Source: a bacterium HR37
Lineage (GTDB): Bacteria > Desulfobacterota_D > UBA1144 > Nemesobacterales > CSP1-2
Assembly: GCA_002898375.1 (NCBI GenBank)
Contig: BEIN01000015.1
Location: 4,414-68,413 of the forward strand
Reading direction: 5' to 3'
Length of the DNA stretch: 64,000 nt
Of this stretch, positions 8,642 through 21,660 are shown piece after piece. A model generated the notes under the pieces. That model searched no databases and was not told the origin of the DNA. It saw only the letters and a program-made list of their open reading frames with translations. Numbering within the stretch: position 1 is the first letter of the stretch; the number at the start of each line of letters is the position of its first letter. A program made the position numbers and the translations under genes.

Positions 8642-9931
8642 ATGAGCGTAGAAGAAGCAGGTGGTTTTCCAGTTGAAAGGTTCCTCTTTGCTCTTGCCCT
8701 GATACTTATAACCTCAAAGGTTTTTGGGGAGTTAGCCGAGCGTATAAAACAGCCAGCGGTTCTGGGGGAGTTAGTTGCCGGGGTTGTGCTGGGTGGGAGT
8801 ATGCTGGCTGTGGTTCCATCATTGCCGGGTCAGGCTGGATATGAAACATTTCATCTTATTGCTGAAGTTGGGGTAGCCATATTACTGTTTGAAATTGGCC
8901 TTGAGACAAATCTTAGGGATTTAATAAGGGTTGGTTTTAATGCAACACTTGTTGCGGTTGTAGGGGTTGCTATACCGTTTGCTGCTGGTTTCTTAAGTGT
9001 GTTGGCATTTGAAAAATTTGGCTTACTGGGGAATATAAACCCTGCTTTTACAACTTTGGTGGCTATAACCGCTGGAGCAACTCTAACGGCAACAAGTGTA
9101 GGTATTACAGCAAGGGTTCTTTCCGATATGAACCGCCTTCAAACCGAAGAGGCAAGGATTGTGCTTGGGGCTGCTGTAATAGATGACATCCTCGGTTTAA
9201 TTATACTGGCAATTGTGAGTGGGCTTATTCAGGCGGCAAAACAGGGTGTACATGAAGGACTCAATATAGCCGGTGTGGGAATTATAGCTCTAAAGGCTTT
9301 TGGCTTTCTCTTTGTTGCCATAGTTGTTGGGAATCTCCTTTCAAAGAGGTTGTTTGACCTTATAAATAAAATGAGGGTGCGTGGGGTTCTTGTGCTGAGT
9401 GCGCTTTCGTTTGCACTTATATTTGCCTATATTGCAAAGCTTGTGGGTCTTGCACCCATAGTTGGAGCATTTACAGCTGGTCTTGTTCTTGCACGAACAA
9501 ACCAGTTTAAGATAATTGAAACCCAGTTAAAACCGGTAGCTGATGTGTTTACCCCGGTTTTCTTTATAATGGTTGGAGCGGCTGTTGATGTTCATGTGTT
9601 TAATCCCTTTGAGCCCAGGAACGTTCCTATTCTGCTTATTGCTCTTGTACTCTTTGTTGTAGCCATAGCTGGTAAATTTGTCAGTGGCTGGGTGGTATTT
9701 AAGGAGGGGATTAGGAAAAGCGTTATAGGTATTGGGATGATACCAAGAGGAGAAGTTGGGCTTATATTTGCCAATATGGGGCTTAGCTCTGGAGTTTTTA
9801 GCTCACAGCTGTTTTCTGCGGTAACCGTAATGGTTATGCTTACAACCTTTGTTGCTCCACCGCTTCTAAAAGTGGCTTTTTCAAGGGAGGAGGCTGCTGA
9901 AGGGGAAGTGACAGAAGAGGTAAAACCCTAA
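8642..9931 (+). CDS. Cation:proton antiporter (CPA2/Kef/NapA-type)
   Basis: 429 aa with about 12 predicted TM helices and glycine-rich helices typical of the Na+/H+ exchanger family. Confidence 0.75.
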   Translation: MSVEEAGGFPVERFLFALALILITSKVFGELAERIKQPAVLGELVAGVVLGGSMLAVVPSLPGQAGYETFHLIAEVGVAILLFEIGLETNLRDLIRVGFNATLVAVVGVAIPFAAGFLSVLAFEKFGLLGNINPAFTTLVAITAGATLTATSVGITARVLSDMNRLQTEEARIVLGAAVIDDILGLIILAIVSGLIQAAKQGVHEGLNIAGVGIIALKAFGFLFVAIVVGNLLSKRLFDLINKMRVRGVLVLSALSFALIFAYIAKLVGLAPIVGAFTAGLVLARTNQFKIIETQLKPVADVFTPVFFIMVGAAVDVHVFNPFEPRNVPILLIALVLFVVAIAGKFVSGWVVFKEGIRKSVIGIGMIPRGEVGLIFANMGLSSGVFSSQLFSAVTVMVMLTTFVAPPLLKVAFSREEAAEGEVTEEVKP

Positions 9932-9948
9932 GGAGGTTTCCGATCGGG

Positions 9949-10464
9949 ATGGGATCCAGAGATTGCTTAAAGTTTTTATGTGCGTTTGTTATTTTGGGTG
10001 TTGCTTCTACCGAATGGGCAAGTGCAGCTGAAAGTGTGCTCAGCGTAGATAAGAGTCTTATAATTCAGATTGTGATCTTTGTGGCTTCTATATTTATACT
10101 GAATAATCTTTTATTTAGACCGCTTCTAAACATTGTGGAGAAGAGGGAAAGGTTAACTGTGGGTGCTATTGAAGAGGCCAAGAGACTGGAAGCGGAGGTA
10201 GAGAGGATTATAGGTGAGTATAATAGACGCCTTAATGAGGCAAGGGCTCAGGCAATGGAGGAGAGAAACGAGATGAGGCGTCAGGCTCAAAGGGCTGCGG
10301 AGGAGTTGGTTGAGAGGGCAAAGATGGAAGCTCAGATCCTTATAGAGGAAGCAAAATCAAAGCTCGAGGAGGAGATAGGTGTAATAAAGGAAAGAATCAA
10401 GCCTGAAATTGAAGTGCTTGCAAAAGAGCTTGCCTTACAAATCCTTGGGAAAAAGGAGTTATAA
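9949..10464 (+). CDS. F0F1 ATP synthase subunit b'
   Basis: One N-terminal TM helix followed by a long charged coiled coil. AGGAGG lies 12 nt upstream. First gene of the atp block. Confidence 0.7.
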   Translation: MGSRDCLKFLCAFVILGVASTEWASAAESVLSVDKSLIIQIVIFVASIFILNNLLFRPLLNIVEKRERLTVGAIEEAKRLEAEVERIIGEYNRRLNEARAQAMEERNEMRRQAQRAAEELVERAKMEAQILIEEAKSKLEEEIGVIKERIKPEIEVLAKELALQILGKKEL

Positions 10465-10468
10465 GGAA

Positions 10469-11029
10469 TTGTTTGACTTTGATATAATAAATCTAATAAT
10501 TACGGTGGCTTCTAAGGAAGAACATGGGGTGTTTAACTGGAGGTTTGTAGCGGAGTATACCGTAAATCTTATTATACTCCTTGCTGTGCTTTCCTACTTC
10601 CTTAAGGAACCTATAAGGAATTTCCTTATTGAGAGGCGTGGTATAATAGGAAATGAAATAGATGAGGCTCAAAAAACGATAGCACAGGCAAAGAAAAAAT
10701 ACGAGGAGTATCTAGAGCGAATGAAAAATATCGAGAGTGAGATTGAATCCTTAAAAGAGGTTGTTCGCAAAGAGGGTGAAATAGAGAGAGAGGAGATCAT
10801 AAAACAAGCCGAACTTGCTTCAAAAAAGATAAGAGATGAAGCCAGTGAAGCAATAAAACTTCAGGCTGAAAGGTTACGTCATGATATCCAGAATGAGATA
10901 GTGTCTTTGGTTGTAGGGCTTGCCGAAAACATAATCAAGCAGAAGCTAGATGAAGCTGATGAAAGAAAGATTTTTGAGAGTTTTATTAAGAAACTAGAGG
11001 GGGAGAGATGGCATCAATTGCAACATTAA
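10469..11029 (+). CDS. atpF: F0F1 ATP synthase subunit b
   Basis: TM helix plus E/K/R-rich coiled coil. The preferred start is TTG 10469 with AAAGGAG 11 nt upstream. The track ORF start at 10409 overlaps the previous gene. Confidence 0.7.
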   Translation: MFDFDIINLIITVASKEEHGVFNWRFVAEYTVNLIILLAVLSYFLKEPIRNFLIERRGIIGNEIDEAQKTIAQAKKKYEEYLERMKNIESEIESLKEVVRKEGEIEREEIIKQAELASKKIRDEASEAIKLQAERLRHDIQNEIVSLVVGLAENIIKQKLDEADERKIFESFIKKLEGERWHQLQH

Positions 11030-11547
11030 GGGATCTTTTAGAAGCACTTATAGAATCTGCAAGAGAAGAGGGAAAACTCCATAAGGTACTATCTGATGTG
11101 GAAAACCTATTTGAGGTGGTTAACAACTATGAAGAGATAAGGGAAATACTGGGAAGTCCGGCATACGATGTGGAAAAAAGAAAGGAGTTGGTAAATGAGA
11201 TAGCCCGGATCTTTAATTTTGATAGTTTAACAGTTAACTTTGTAAGTTTGATAATTGAGCTTGGCAGGTTTAAGGCGTTTCTAAGGTCACAGGAGCCAAC
11301 AATAAGAAGGCTAAGGAGGGCTTCGGGCAAAATAAAGGCTGAGATAGTAGTGGCCAGAAGCCTTTCAGAGTCAGAGCTAAATACCTTAAAAGAATCCATC
11401 AAGAAGCTTACCGGAAGTGAGGTGGATGTTAGTGTAAAGGTGGATCCAACCATACTTGGAGGAATTATAGCAAAGATTGAGGACAGAGTATTTGACAGTA
11501 GTATAAAGACCCAGCTGGAGAGAACGAAGGTACTTCTCTCCACTTAA
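11008..11547 (+). CDS. atpH: F0F1 ATP synthase subunit delta (OSCP)
   Basis: 179 aa helical protein, placed between b and alpha as in canonical atp operons. Confidence 0.8.
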   Translation: MASIATLRDLLEALIESAREEGKLHKVLSDVENLFEVVNNYEEIREILGSPAYDVEKRKELVNEIARIFNFDSLTVNFVSLIIELGRFKAFLRSQEPTIRRLRRASGKIKAEIVVARSLSESELNTLKESIKKLTGSEVDVSVKVDPTILGGIIAKIEDRVFDSSIKTQLERTKVLLST

Positions 11548-11569
11548 TCCACGAACCATATAGGATTAA

Positions 11570-13102
<1,533 letters not shown>

Positions 13103-13116
13103 ACAAAAGGTGAGAT

Positions 13117-15445
<2,329 letters not shown>

Positions 15446-15459
15446 GAGGAGAAACTAAA

Positions 15460-15858
15460 GTGGCTGATAAACTGTGGCTAAGAGTTATAACACCTTCTAG
15501 TCTTGTTGTGGATGAGGAAGTTGATGAGGTTCTAGCTCCTGGAGAGCTTGGAGAGTTTGGAATACTTCCAGGACATGTTCCTTTTATAACCCTTCTTGCA
15601 CCTGGTGAGTTAATCTACAGGAAAGATGGAACTGAGAAGAGATTTATACTTTTGGGGGGTATTTTAGAGGTTAAAGACGACAAGGTTAAGGTACTTACCG
15701 AGTTTGTTGAGGACCCTTCAAGCATAGATCCTGCGGTAGCCAGGAAAGAGTTAGAGGCCGTTATGGAGGAGCTAAAAGGTTTTGGGGGAAGCTCAAAGGA
15801 GCTTAAAGAGCTAACCCGCAAACTAAAGCTTGCTCAGATAAGGGCAGGTATTGGCTGA
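15460..15858 (+). CDS. atpC: F0F1 ATP synthase subunit epsilon
   Basis: 132 aa and last gene of the block. Typical epsilon beta-sandwich/helix layout. Confidence 0.85.
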   Translation: MADKLWLRVITPSSLVVDEEVDEVLAPGELGEFGILPGHVPFITLLAPGELIYRKDGTEKRFILLGGILEVKDDKVKVLTEFVEDPSSIDPAVARKELEAVMEELKGFGGSSKELKELTRKLKLAQIRAGIG

Positions 15859-15882
15859 TAACCGTAGCTTGCCTGTTAGCAG

Positions 15883-17232
15883 CTAAATGTGATCGTAGTA
15901 GTAGTCTAGCCCAAGATGGGTTATAAGCTCTTCGCCTCTTAAATAACGCAGGGTGTTTTTTAACTTCATAAGCTGGATAAAGAGATCGTGTTCAGGGTAA
16001 AGCCCCTCCCTTACCATAGGGCTTTTAAAATAGAAGGAAAGCCATTCTTGTATTCCATAGAGGCCTGCTCTTTGGGCTAGATCCAGGAAAAGAACGAGAT
16101 CAAGCACTATTGGGGCTGCAAGTATGCTATCCCTGCACAGGAAATTTATCTTTATTTGCATTGGATAACCAAGCCATCCAAATATATCTATGTTATCCCA
16201 AGCCTCCTTTGCATCTCCTCTTGGGGGGTAGTAGTTGATTCTCACCTTATGATAGAAATCCGAGTAGAGTTCAGGATACAGATCGGGTTGCAGTATGTGT
16301 TCAAGAACGCTAAGCTTGCTTTCCTCTTTTGTTTTAAACGAATAAGGGTCGTCTAAAACCTCTCCGTCTCTGTTTCCAAGTATGTTTGTTGAAAACCATC
16401 CCTTAAGCCCAATCATCCGGGCCTTTAGCCCTGGGGCTATAATGGTTTTCATTAGCGTTTGCCCGGTTTTAAAGTCCTTTCCAGCTATAGGAACCTTTTT
16501 CTCTATTGCGAGCTCAACAAGGGCTGGAATGTCTACGGAAAGGTTTGGAGCTCCATTTGCATACGGTATACCACACCTTAATGCAGCATAGGCATAAATC
16601 ATGCTAGGTGCAATATCGGGATGGTTATCCTTTAGGCCCTCTTCAAAACTTTCAATTGAGCTGTGTACCTTAGAAGGCTTTAGGTAAACCTCTGTGCTAC
16701 CGCACCATATCATAACTGCTCTGCTGATCCCATTTTCTTTCTTAAATCGTTCAATATCTTCTATAAGTTGTTCTGCAAGCTCAAACTTTGTCTTTCCCCT
16801 CTTTAGGTATGTTCCATTTAGTTTCCTAACATACCTCTTATTAAAGACAGCTGGCATGGGTTTCTTTTCTTCCAGTACGTCCTTTAGATTATCTAGAAGT
16901 GTCTTTTCAAGAACACCAGCTTTAAGAGCAGATTCATAACAGTTATCCGGGAATATGTCCCATCCACCAAAGACCAAATCCTCAGGTTTGGCAAGGGGAA
17001 CAAAGTCTTTTATACGGGGGAACCTCTTTTCGGTTCTCTTTCCCAGCCTGATTGTTCCCATCTGGGTAAGTGACCCTATGGGTAAACCCAATCCCCTTTT
17101 TATTGCCTCAACTCCTGCAATGAAAGTGGTGCTTACAGCTCCCCCCATTCCCGGGAGCAAAACACCCAGCTTCCCTTCAGGAGAGAGAATCTCTATATTG
17201 TTGCTATGTTTTTGCTTGTGCTTGGATGGCAA
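15883..17232 (-). CDS. myo-inositol-1-phosphate synthase (archaeal/bacterial type)
   Basis: The N-terminal Rossmann region GVLLPGMGGAVSTTFIAGVEAIKRG resembles the Thermotoga/Archaeoglobus MIPS N-terminus (LGQGYVASTFVAGLE). Length is 449 aa. Confidence 0.75.
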   Translation of the reverse strand: MPSKHKQKHSNNIEILSPEGKLGVLLPGMGGAVSTTFIAGVEAIKRGLGLPIGSLTQMGTIRLGKRTEKRFPRIKDFVPLAKPEDLVFGGWDIFPDNCYESALKAGVLEKTLLDNLKDVLEEKKPMPAVFNKRYVRKLNGTYLKRGKTKFELAEQLIEDIERFKKENGISRAVMIWCGSTEVYLKPSKVHSSIESFEEGLKDNHPDIAPSMIYAYAALRCGIPYANGAPNLSVDIPALVELAIEKKVPIAGKDFKTGQTLMKTIIAPGLKARMIGLKGWFSTNILGNRDGEVLDDPYSFKTKEESKLSVLEHILQPDLYPELYSDFYHKVRINYYPPRGDAKEAWDNIDIFGWLGYPMQIKINFLCRDSILAAPIVLDLVLFLDLAQRAGLYGIQEWLSFYFKSPMVREGLYPEHDLFIQLMKLKNTLRYLRGEELITHLGLDYYYDHI

Positions 17233-17238
17233 GGAAAA

Positions 17239-17631
17239 CTACCTCTTTGAATACTGTTGCCCTCGTCTTGCTTTCCTTCTTCCGTATTTCTTTCTCTCCA
17301 CCATTCTTGGATCTCTTGTCAGAAGCCCTGCACTCTTTAGGCTTTTTTTAAAGGCCTCGCTTACATTAAGAAGCGCTCTTGCAAGCCCATGCCTTATGGC
17401 ACCAGCCTGTCCGCTTAGCCCGCCTCCACTTACGTCTATATAAACATCGAACTTCCCCATAGTCTGGGTTACTTTAAGTGGTTCAAGTGCGTGTGCCCTC
17501 CATGCCTCTCGTGGAAAGTAGAGATCAACTGGCTTTTCGTTTATAGATATCTTTCCTTCACCCGGGCGAAGCCAAACACGCGCAACCGAGGTTTTTCGTC
17601 TACCAGTTCCATAATAGGTAACCTCTACCAT
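17239..17631 (-). CDS. rpsI: 30S ribosomal protein S9
   Basis: 130 aa with [10 protein letters not shown] and the basic C-terminal tail [13 protein letters not shown]. Confidence 0.9.
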   Translation of the reverse strand: MVEVTYYGTGRRKTSVARVWLRPGEGKISINEKPVDLYFPREAWRAHALEPLKVTQTMGKFDVYIDVSGGGLSGQAGAIRHGLARALLNVSEAFKKSLKSAGLLTRDPRMVERKKYGRRKARRGQQYSKR

Positions 17632-17636
17632 ACCTG

Positions 17637-18101
17637 TTATACCTCCAAGGGCTCCGGTTTTTGTGCATGGTGGGGATGATTATCACCGGAGTATACTTTG
17701 AGCCTTTTTATAAGCTTTTTCTGCCATTTGGTCTTGGGTAACATTCCCCATACAGCTTTTCTGATTATCTCTTCAGGGTTCTTTTTTAAAAGCTCTCCAG
17801 CGGTTATGGATTTAAGTCCTCCCGGATAAGGAGTATGCCAATAGTAGGTTTTTTGACTCCACTTCTTTCCCGTAAATCTGACCTTGTCAGCATTTATAAC
17901 GATAACGAAGTCCCCTATATCAGCATGGGGTGTAAACTGTGGTTTGTCTTTACCCCTTAGCAACCTTGCAATCTTCGTTGCAAGCCTTCCTACAGTCTTA
18001 CCTTTGGCATCTATCAGATACCATTTTTTCTCTATATCTTCACTTTTGGCCACATAGGTTTTCATCTCAGCTTTCCCCTGTATTCTAGGCAGGTAAAGCA
18101 T
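17637..18101 (-). CDS. rplM: 50S ribosomal protein L13
   Basis: 154 aa with conserved L13 N-terminal segments ([16 protein letters not shown]). Immediately upstream of rpsI. Confidence 0.9.
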   Translation of the reverse strand: MLYLPRIQGKAEMKTYVAKSEDIEKKWYLIDAKGKTVGRLATKIARLLRGKDKPQFTPHADIGDFVIVINADKVRFTGKKWSQKTYYWHTPYPGGLKSITAGELLKKNPEEIIRKAVWGMLPKTKWQKKLIKRLKVYSGDNHPHHAQKPEPLEV

Positions 18102-18229
18102 TCTACCAAATCCCTTTTAATTGTCAAGCAGTGGTCTGGCTCATATAAGCGATTAAAAGTTTGCTTCTTGATTAAAAGATCGTGTGTGGTAGGGTAGGTG
18201 TAAAGTATATTTTTGGGTAAAGTTAGACT

Positions 18230-18907
18230 ATGAGTGTAAACAAGAATATAAAATTACTGGTATTTGATGCTTATGGAACCCTATTTGATACCAGCTCGGT
18301 CATATCTTTATGCAATGAGCTATTTCCAGGTTATGGTGGGGAATTAAGCAGGATTTGGCGTTCCAAACAGTTGGAGTACACCTGGCTTCGTAGTTTGATG
18401 GAGCGTTATGTTACCTTCTGGAAGGTAACTGAGGATGCACTGTTGTTTGCCTGTAAGACGCTAAATCTCTCATGTGAGCTGTCTGCTCGAAACCGTCTTA
18501 TGGAGGCTTATCTGAGGCTTGCTCCTTATCCTGATGTAAAGATAGCATTGAGTGCTCTCTCAGGATACAGACTAGCAATACTCTCAAATGGGTCTCCCTT
18601 TATGCTTGAGGCTATGTTAAAGAATGCAGGGCTAGAGGGTGTATTTGCTTATGTAATAAGTGCAGATGAGGTTAGTGTATACAAACCGAGTCCTCTTGTA
18701 TATGAGCTTGTAGTTTTAAAGACAGGTTTGGGTGTTAATTCCATTGGTTTTGTTTCCTCTAACTCTTTTGACGTTAACGGTGCAAAGTCATTTGGGTTAT
18801 GGACATGCTGGGTAAACCGTTCAAAAAACATCTGGGATGAGCTTGACTTACTGCCTGACGTAACAGTGGAGAGTTTAACGGAATTAGTAGATATACTTCC
18901 AAAGTAG
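18230..18907 (+). CDS. HAD-superfamily hydrolase, 2-haloacid dehalogenase type II-like
   Basis: N-terminal HAD motif I LLVFDAYGTLFD. Confidence 0.7.
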   Translation: MSVNKNIKLLVFDAYGTLFDTSSVISLCNELFPGYGGELSRIWRSKQLEYTWLRSLMERYVTFWKVTEDALLFACKTLNLSCELSARNRLMEAYLRLAPYPDVKIALSALSGYRLAILSNGSPFMLEAMLKNAGLEGVFAYVISADEVSVYKPSPLVYELVVLKTGLGVNSIGFVSSNSFDVNGAKSFGLWTCWVNRSKNIWDELDLLPDVTVESLTELVDILPK

Positions 18908-18991
18908 GTAGGTAAGCAGGATACCAGGGGTATACTATTTGTGGGTTCTCTGTGTTATACTTTGATTCTAAGGTAAGGCTGGAGTGGGGAT

Positions 18992-19192
18992 ATGGTATGT
19001 GATAATTGTGGGGAAGTTTATGAGTTAGCAGATAATACGTTTATTAAAACAAACCTTAGTAACCTTGGTTACAGGACTGAATACAATTTATGTCCAAAGT
19101 GTGCTGAGGTATTGATAACCTTGATAAGGTATAGGCTTCTAAGAAGGGCCTATCTAATAGTGAATAAGTACCTTATAAGTATCAACAGGTAG
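18992..19192 (+). CDS. Small zinc-ribbon protein (CxxC...CxxC)
   Basis: 66 aa with CDNCG and CPKC pairs. No good RBS seen. Confidence 0.3.
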   Translation: MVCDNCGEVYELADNTFIKTNLSNLGYRTEYNLCPKCAEVLITLIRYRLLRRAYLIVNKYLISINR

Positions 19193-19300
19193 GGTTACAG
19201 GTTTTTAACTTCTGCCGTTATACCTGGAATTCTAGCTAGATTCATTGTATTCTGTTTCGTAGATAAATTATCTAAGGATATAAGGGTAGGGGAATAAATA

Positions 19301-21400
19301 ATGAGGAAACCTAATAGATTAATAAGGGAAAAGAGTCCTTATTTGCTTCAGCATGCATATAATCCTGTGGATTGGTATCCGTGGGGAGAAGAGGCATTTG
19401 AGAAGGCAAAAAGGGAGGATAAACCTATTTTTCTCTCGATAGGTTATTCAACATGTCACTGGTGCCATGTAATGGAGAAAGAATCTTTTGAAGACCCAGA
19501 AGTCGCTAAGCTTATTAACGAGGTTTTTGTTCCGATAAAAGTAGATAGAGAGGAACGTCCAGACATTGATAATGTATACATGAAGGTATGCCAGCTAATT
19601 TCACAGGGAGGATGTGGTTGGCCACTAAACGTTATATTAACTCCGGATGGGAAGCCCTTCTTTGTGGCTACCTATATACCCAAAGAGAACAGATTTGGAC
19701 GTATAGGGATGCTGGATTTGATACCTCGTATTAAGGAGTTCTGGGAAACACGACGCAAGGATATACTGGATTCGGCAGTTCAGATTACCTCTGTCCTAGA
19801 GAAGATATCTCAAGGAACTGAGAGTTTGGGGGGAGAGGATCTTGATGCTTCAACTCTTAATCTGGCTTATGAGCAGCTTGCTAGAAACTTTGACAGTACT
19901 TACGGAGGGTTCAGCCAAGCTCCTAAGTTTCCAACCCCACATAACCTTCTTTTCCTGCTTCGCTACTGGAAGCGTAGTGGAGACAGTAGGGCATTGTGGA
20001 TGGTGGAGAAGACACTTCAAGCAATGCGCCTTGGAGGGATATACGATCATGTAGGATTTGGATTTCACAGGTATTCTACGGATTCAAAGTGGCTTGTTCC
20101 CCATTTTGAGAAAATGCTCTATGATCAGGCATTGATAGCTATGGCTTATACAGAGGCATACCAAGCAACGGGAAGGTTAGAGTACAGGGAAACTGCTGGT
20201 GAAATTTTTACCTATGTTTTAAGAGATATGACCTCACCTGAAGGTGGCTTTTACTCCGCCGAAGATGCGGACAGCGAGGGAGAAGAGGGAAAGTTCTATC
20301 TCTGGACGGAAGAGGAGATTAGAGAACTTCTTGGAGAGGAGTCTGAGCTTATAATTAAAATCTTTAACGTTGAGAAAGAGGGTAACTTTAGCGAGGAGGC
20401 AAGTGGAAGAAGAACAGGAAGAAATATACTTTACTTACGTAAGCCTCTTGCAGATATCTCAGCCTCTCTTAATATCCCTTTTGAAGAGCTAAAGGCTCGA
20501 GTTGAACGTGCACGTGAGAAACTTTTCTCCTACAGAGAGAAACGTATACATCCCGGTAAAGACGATAAGATTTTAACGGATTGGAATGGGCTTATGATAG
20601 CAGCACTTGCAAAGGGGGGTATGGTATTTGATGAACCTAAGTATCTAGAGGCTGCCAGGCGTGCTGTAGATTTTATACTTAACCGCTTAACTACACCTGA
20701 TGGAAGACTCCTTCACCGCTATCGTGAGGGAGAGGCTGCTGTGGTTGCAACACTTGATGACTATGCCTTCTTCATCTGGGGATTAATAGAGCTTTATGAG
20801 GCCACCTTTGATATTGGCTATCTTAAAATAGCCCTCAGGTTGAATGATGATATGATTAAACACTACTGGGATGAAAAAAATGGGGGTTTTTATCTAACTC
20901 CAGACGATGGGGAAGCTCTTATTGTACGTCCAAAGGAAATCTACGATGGTGCTATCCCTTCGGGAAATTCTGTGGCAATGCTTAACTTGCTAAGGTTGGC
21001 AAAGATTACCGCAAATCCGGATTTCGAAAGAAGGGCTATTGGTATTGTAAGGGTTTTCTCTAGGATCGTTAAGCAGTTACCTTTGGCGCATACACAACTT
21101 ATGATTGCTCTGGACTTTGCACTTGGGCCATCTTATGAGGTGGTTGTCGTTGGAAAGCCTGGTTCAGAAGATACAAATAAAATGTTAAAATCTCTGCATA
21201 GGCCGTTTGTTCCAAACAAAGTGGTTGTGTTCTGCTCGACCGAAAAGGGTTATCCAGGTATAGAGGAAATTGCAGAATTTGCTAAAAACTACTCTGCCCT
21301 GAATGGTAAGGCTACAGCTTACGTGTGTATTAACTATGAGTGTGGCCTTCCAACGACAGATGTAGATAAGATGTTAGAGATGTTGGGTATACAAAGATAA
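19301..21400 (+). CDS. Thioredoxin-domain protein of the DUF255/YyaL family
   Basis: N-terminus [22 protein letters not shown]...STCHWCHVM is characteristic of DUF255. A long C-terminal alpha/alpha-barrel-like region follows. Confidence 0.85.
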   Translation: MRKPNRLIREKSPYLLQHAYNPVDWYPWGEEAFEKAKREDKPIFLSIGYSTCHWCHVMEKESFEDPEVAKLINEVFVPIKVDREERPDIDNVYMKVCQLISQGGCGWPLNVILTPDGKPFFVATYIPKENRFGRIGMLDLIPRIKEFWETRRKDILDSAVQITSVLEKISQGTESLGGEDLDASTLNLAYEQLARNFDSTYGGFSQAPKFPTPHNLLFLLRYWKRSGDSRALWMVEKTLQAMRLGGIYDHVGFGFHRYSTDSKWLVPHFEKMLYDQALIAMAYTEAYQATGRLEYRETAGEIFTYVLRDMTSPEGGFYSAEDADSEGEEGKFYLWTEEEIRELLGEESELIIKIFNVEKEGNFSEEASGRRTGRNILYLRKPLADISASLNIPFEELKARVERAREKLFSYREKRIHPGKDDKILTDWNGLMIAALAKGGMVFDEPKYLEAARRAVDFILNRLTTPDGRLLHRYREGEAAVVATLDDYAFFIWGLIELYEATFDIGYLKIALRLNDDMIKHYWDEKNGGFYLTPDDGEALIVRPKEIYDGAIPSGNSVAMLNLLRLAKITANPDFERRAIGIVRVFSRIVKQLPLAHTQLMIALDFALGPSYEVVVVGKPGSEDTNKMLKSLHRPFVPNKVVVFCSTEKGYPGIEEIAEFAKNYSALNGKATAYVCINYECGLPTTDVDKMLEMLGIQR

Positions 21401-21501
21401 ATAAAAATTTGGATATCTTGCTTTTCAACAACTTGTTTTTATAATTTCTTTTGAATGGTAAACAATAAATAGTTTTGTTGTATAGGCTAAGGGAGGAGCC
21501 G

Positions 21502-21660
21502 ATGCCTAGGAAGGGTAAGAAGAAAATAAAAGATTTGGTTGATTTGCTTGAAAATCCAGACAGTGAGGCATATATAGGTGGAGATTATGAGGACTTAATG
21601 GAGCAACTAGAGAGGGATTTAGAAGAGGAGGAGGAGATTCAGGAGGAAGAGGAAGAGTAG
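21502..21660 (+). CDS. Small acidic protein with a poly-Glu tail
   Basis: ATG 21502 is preceded by GGGAGGAG with 4 nt spacing. The 52-aa product ends in EEEEEIQEEEEE. Its 3' end overlaps the mnmG 3' end (convergent). Confidence 0.3.
   Translation: MPRKGKKKIKDLVDLLENPDSEAYIGGDYEDLMEQLERDLEEEEEIQEEEEE

Noticed and set aside
10409-10468. Track start of the atpF ORF at 10409, overlapping atpF' by 56 nt
   Set aside because: An in-frame TTG at 10469 with AAAGGAG 11 nt upstream sits just after the atpF' stop, which is a more plausible start. The upstream extension encodes no b-subunit-like residues.
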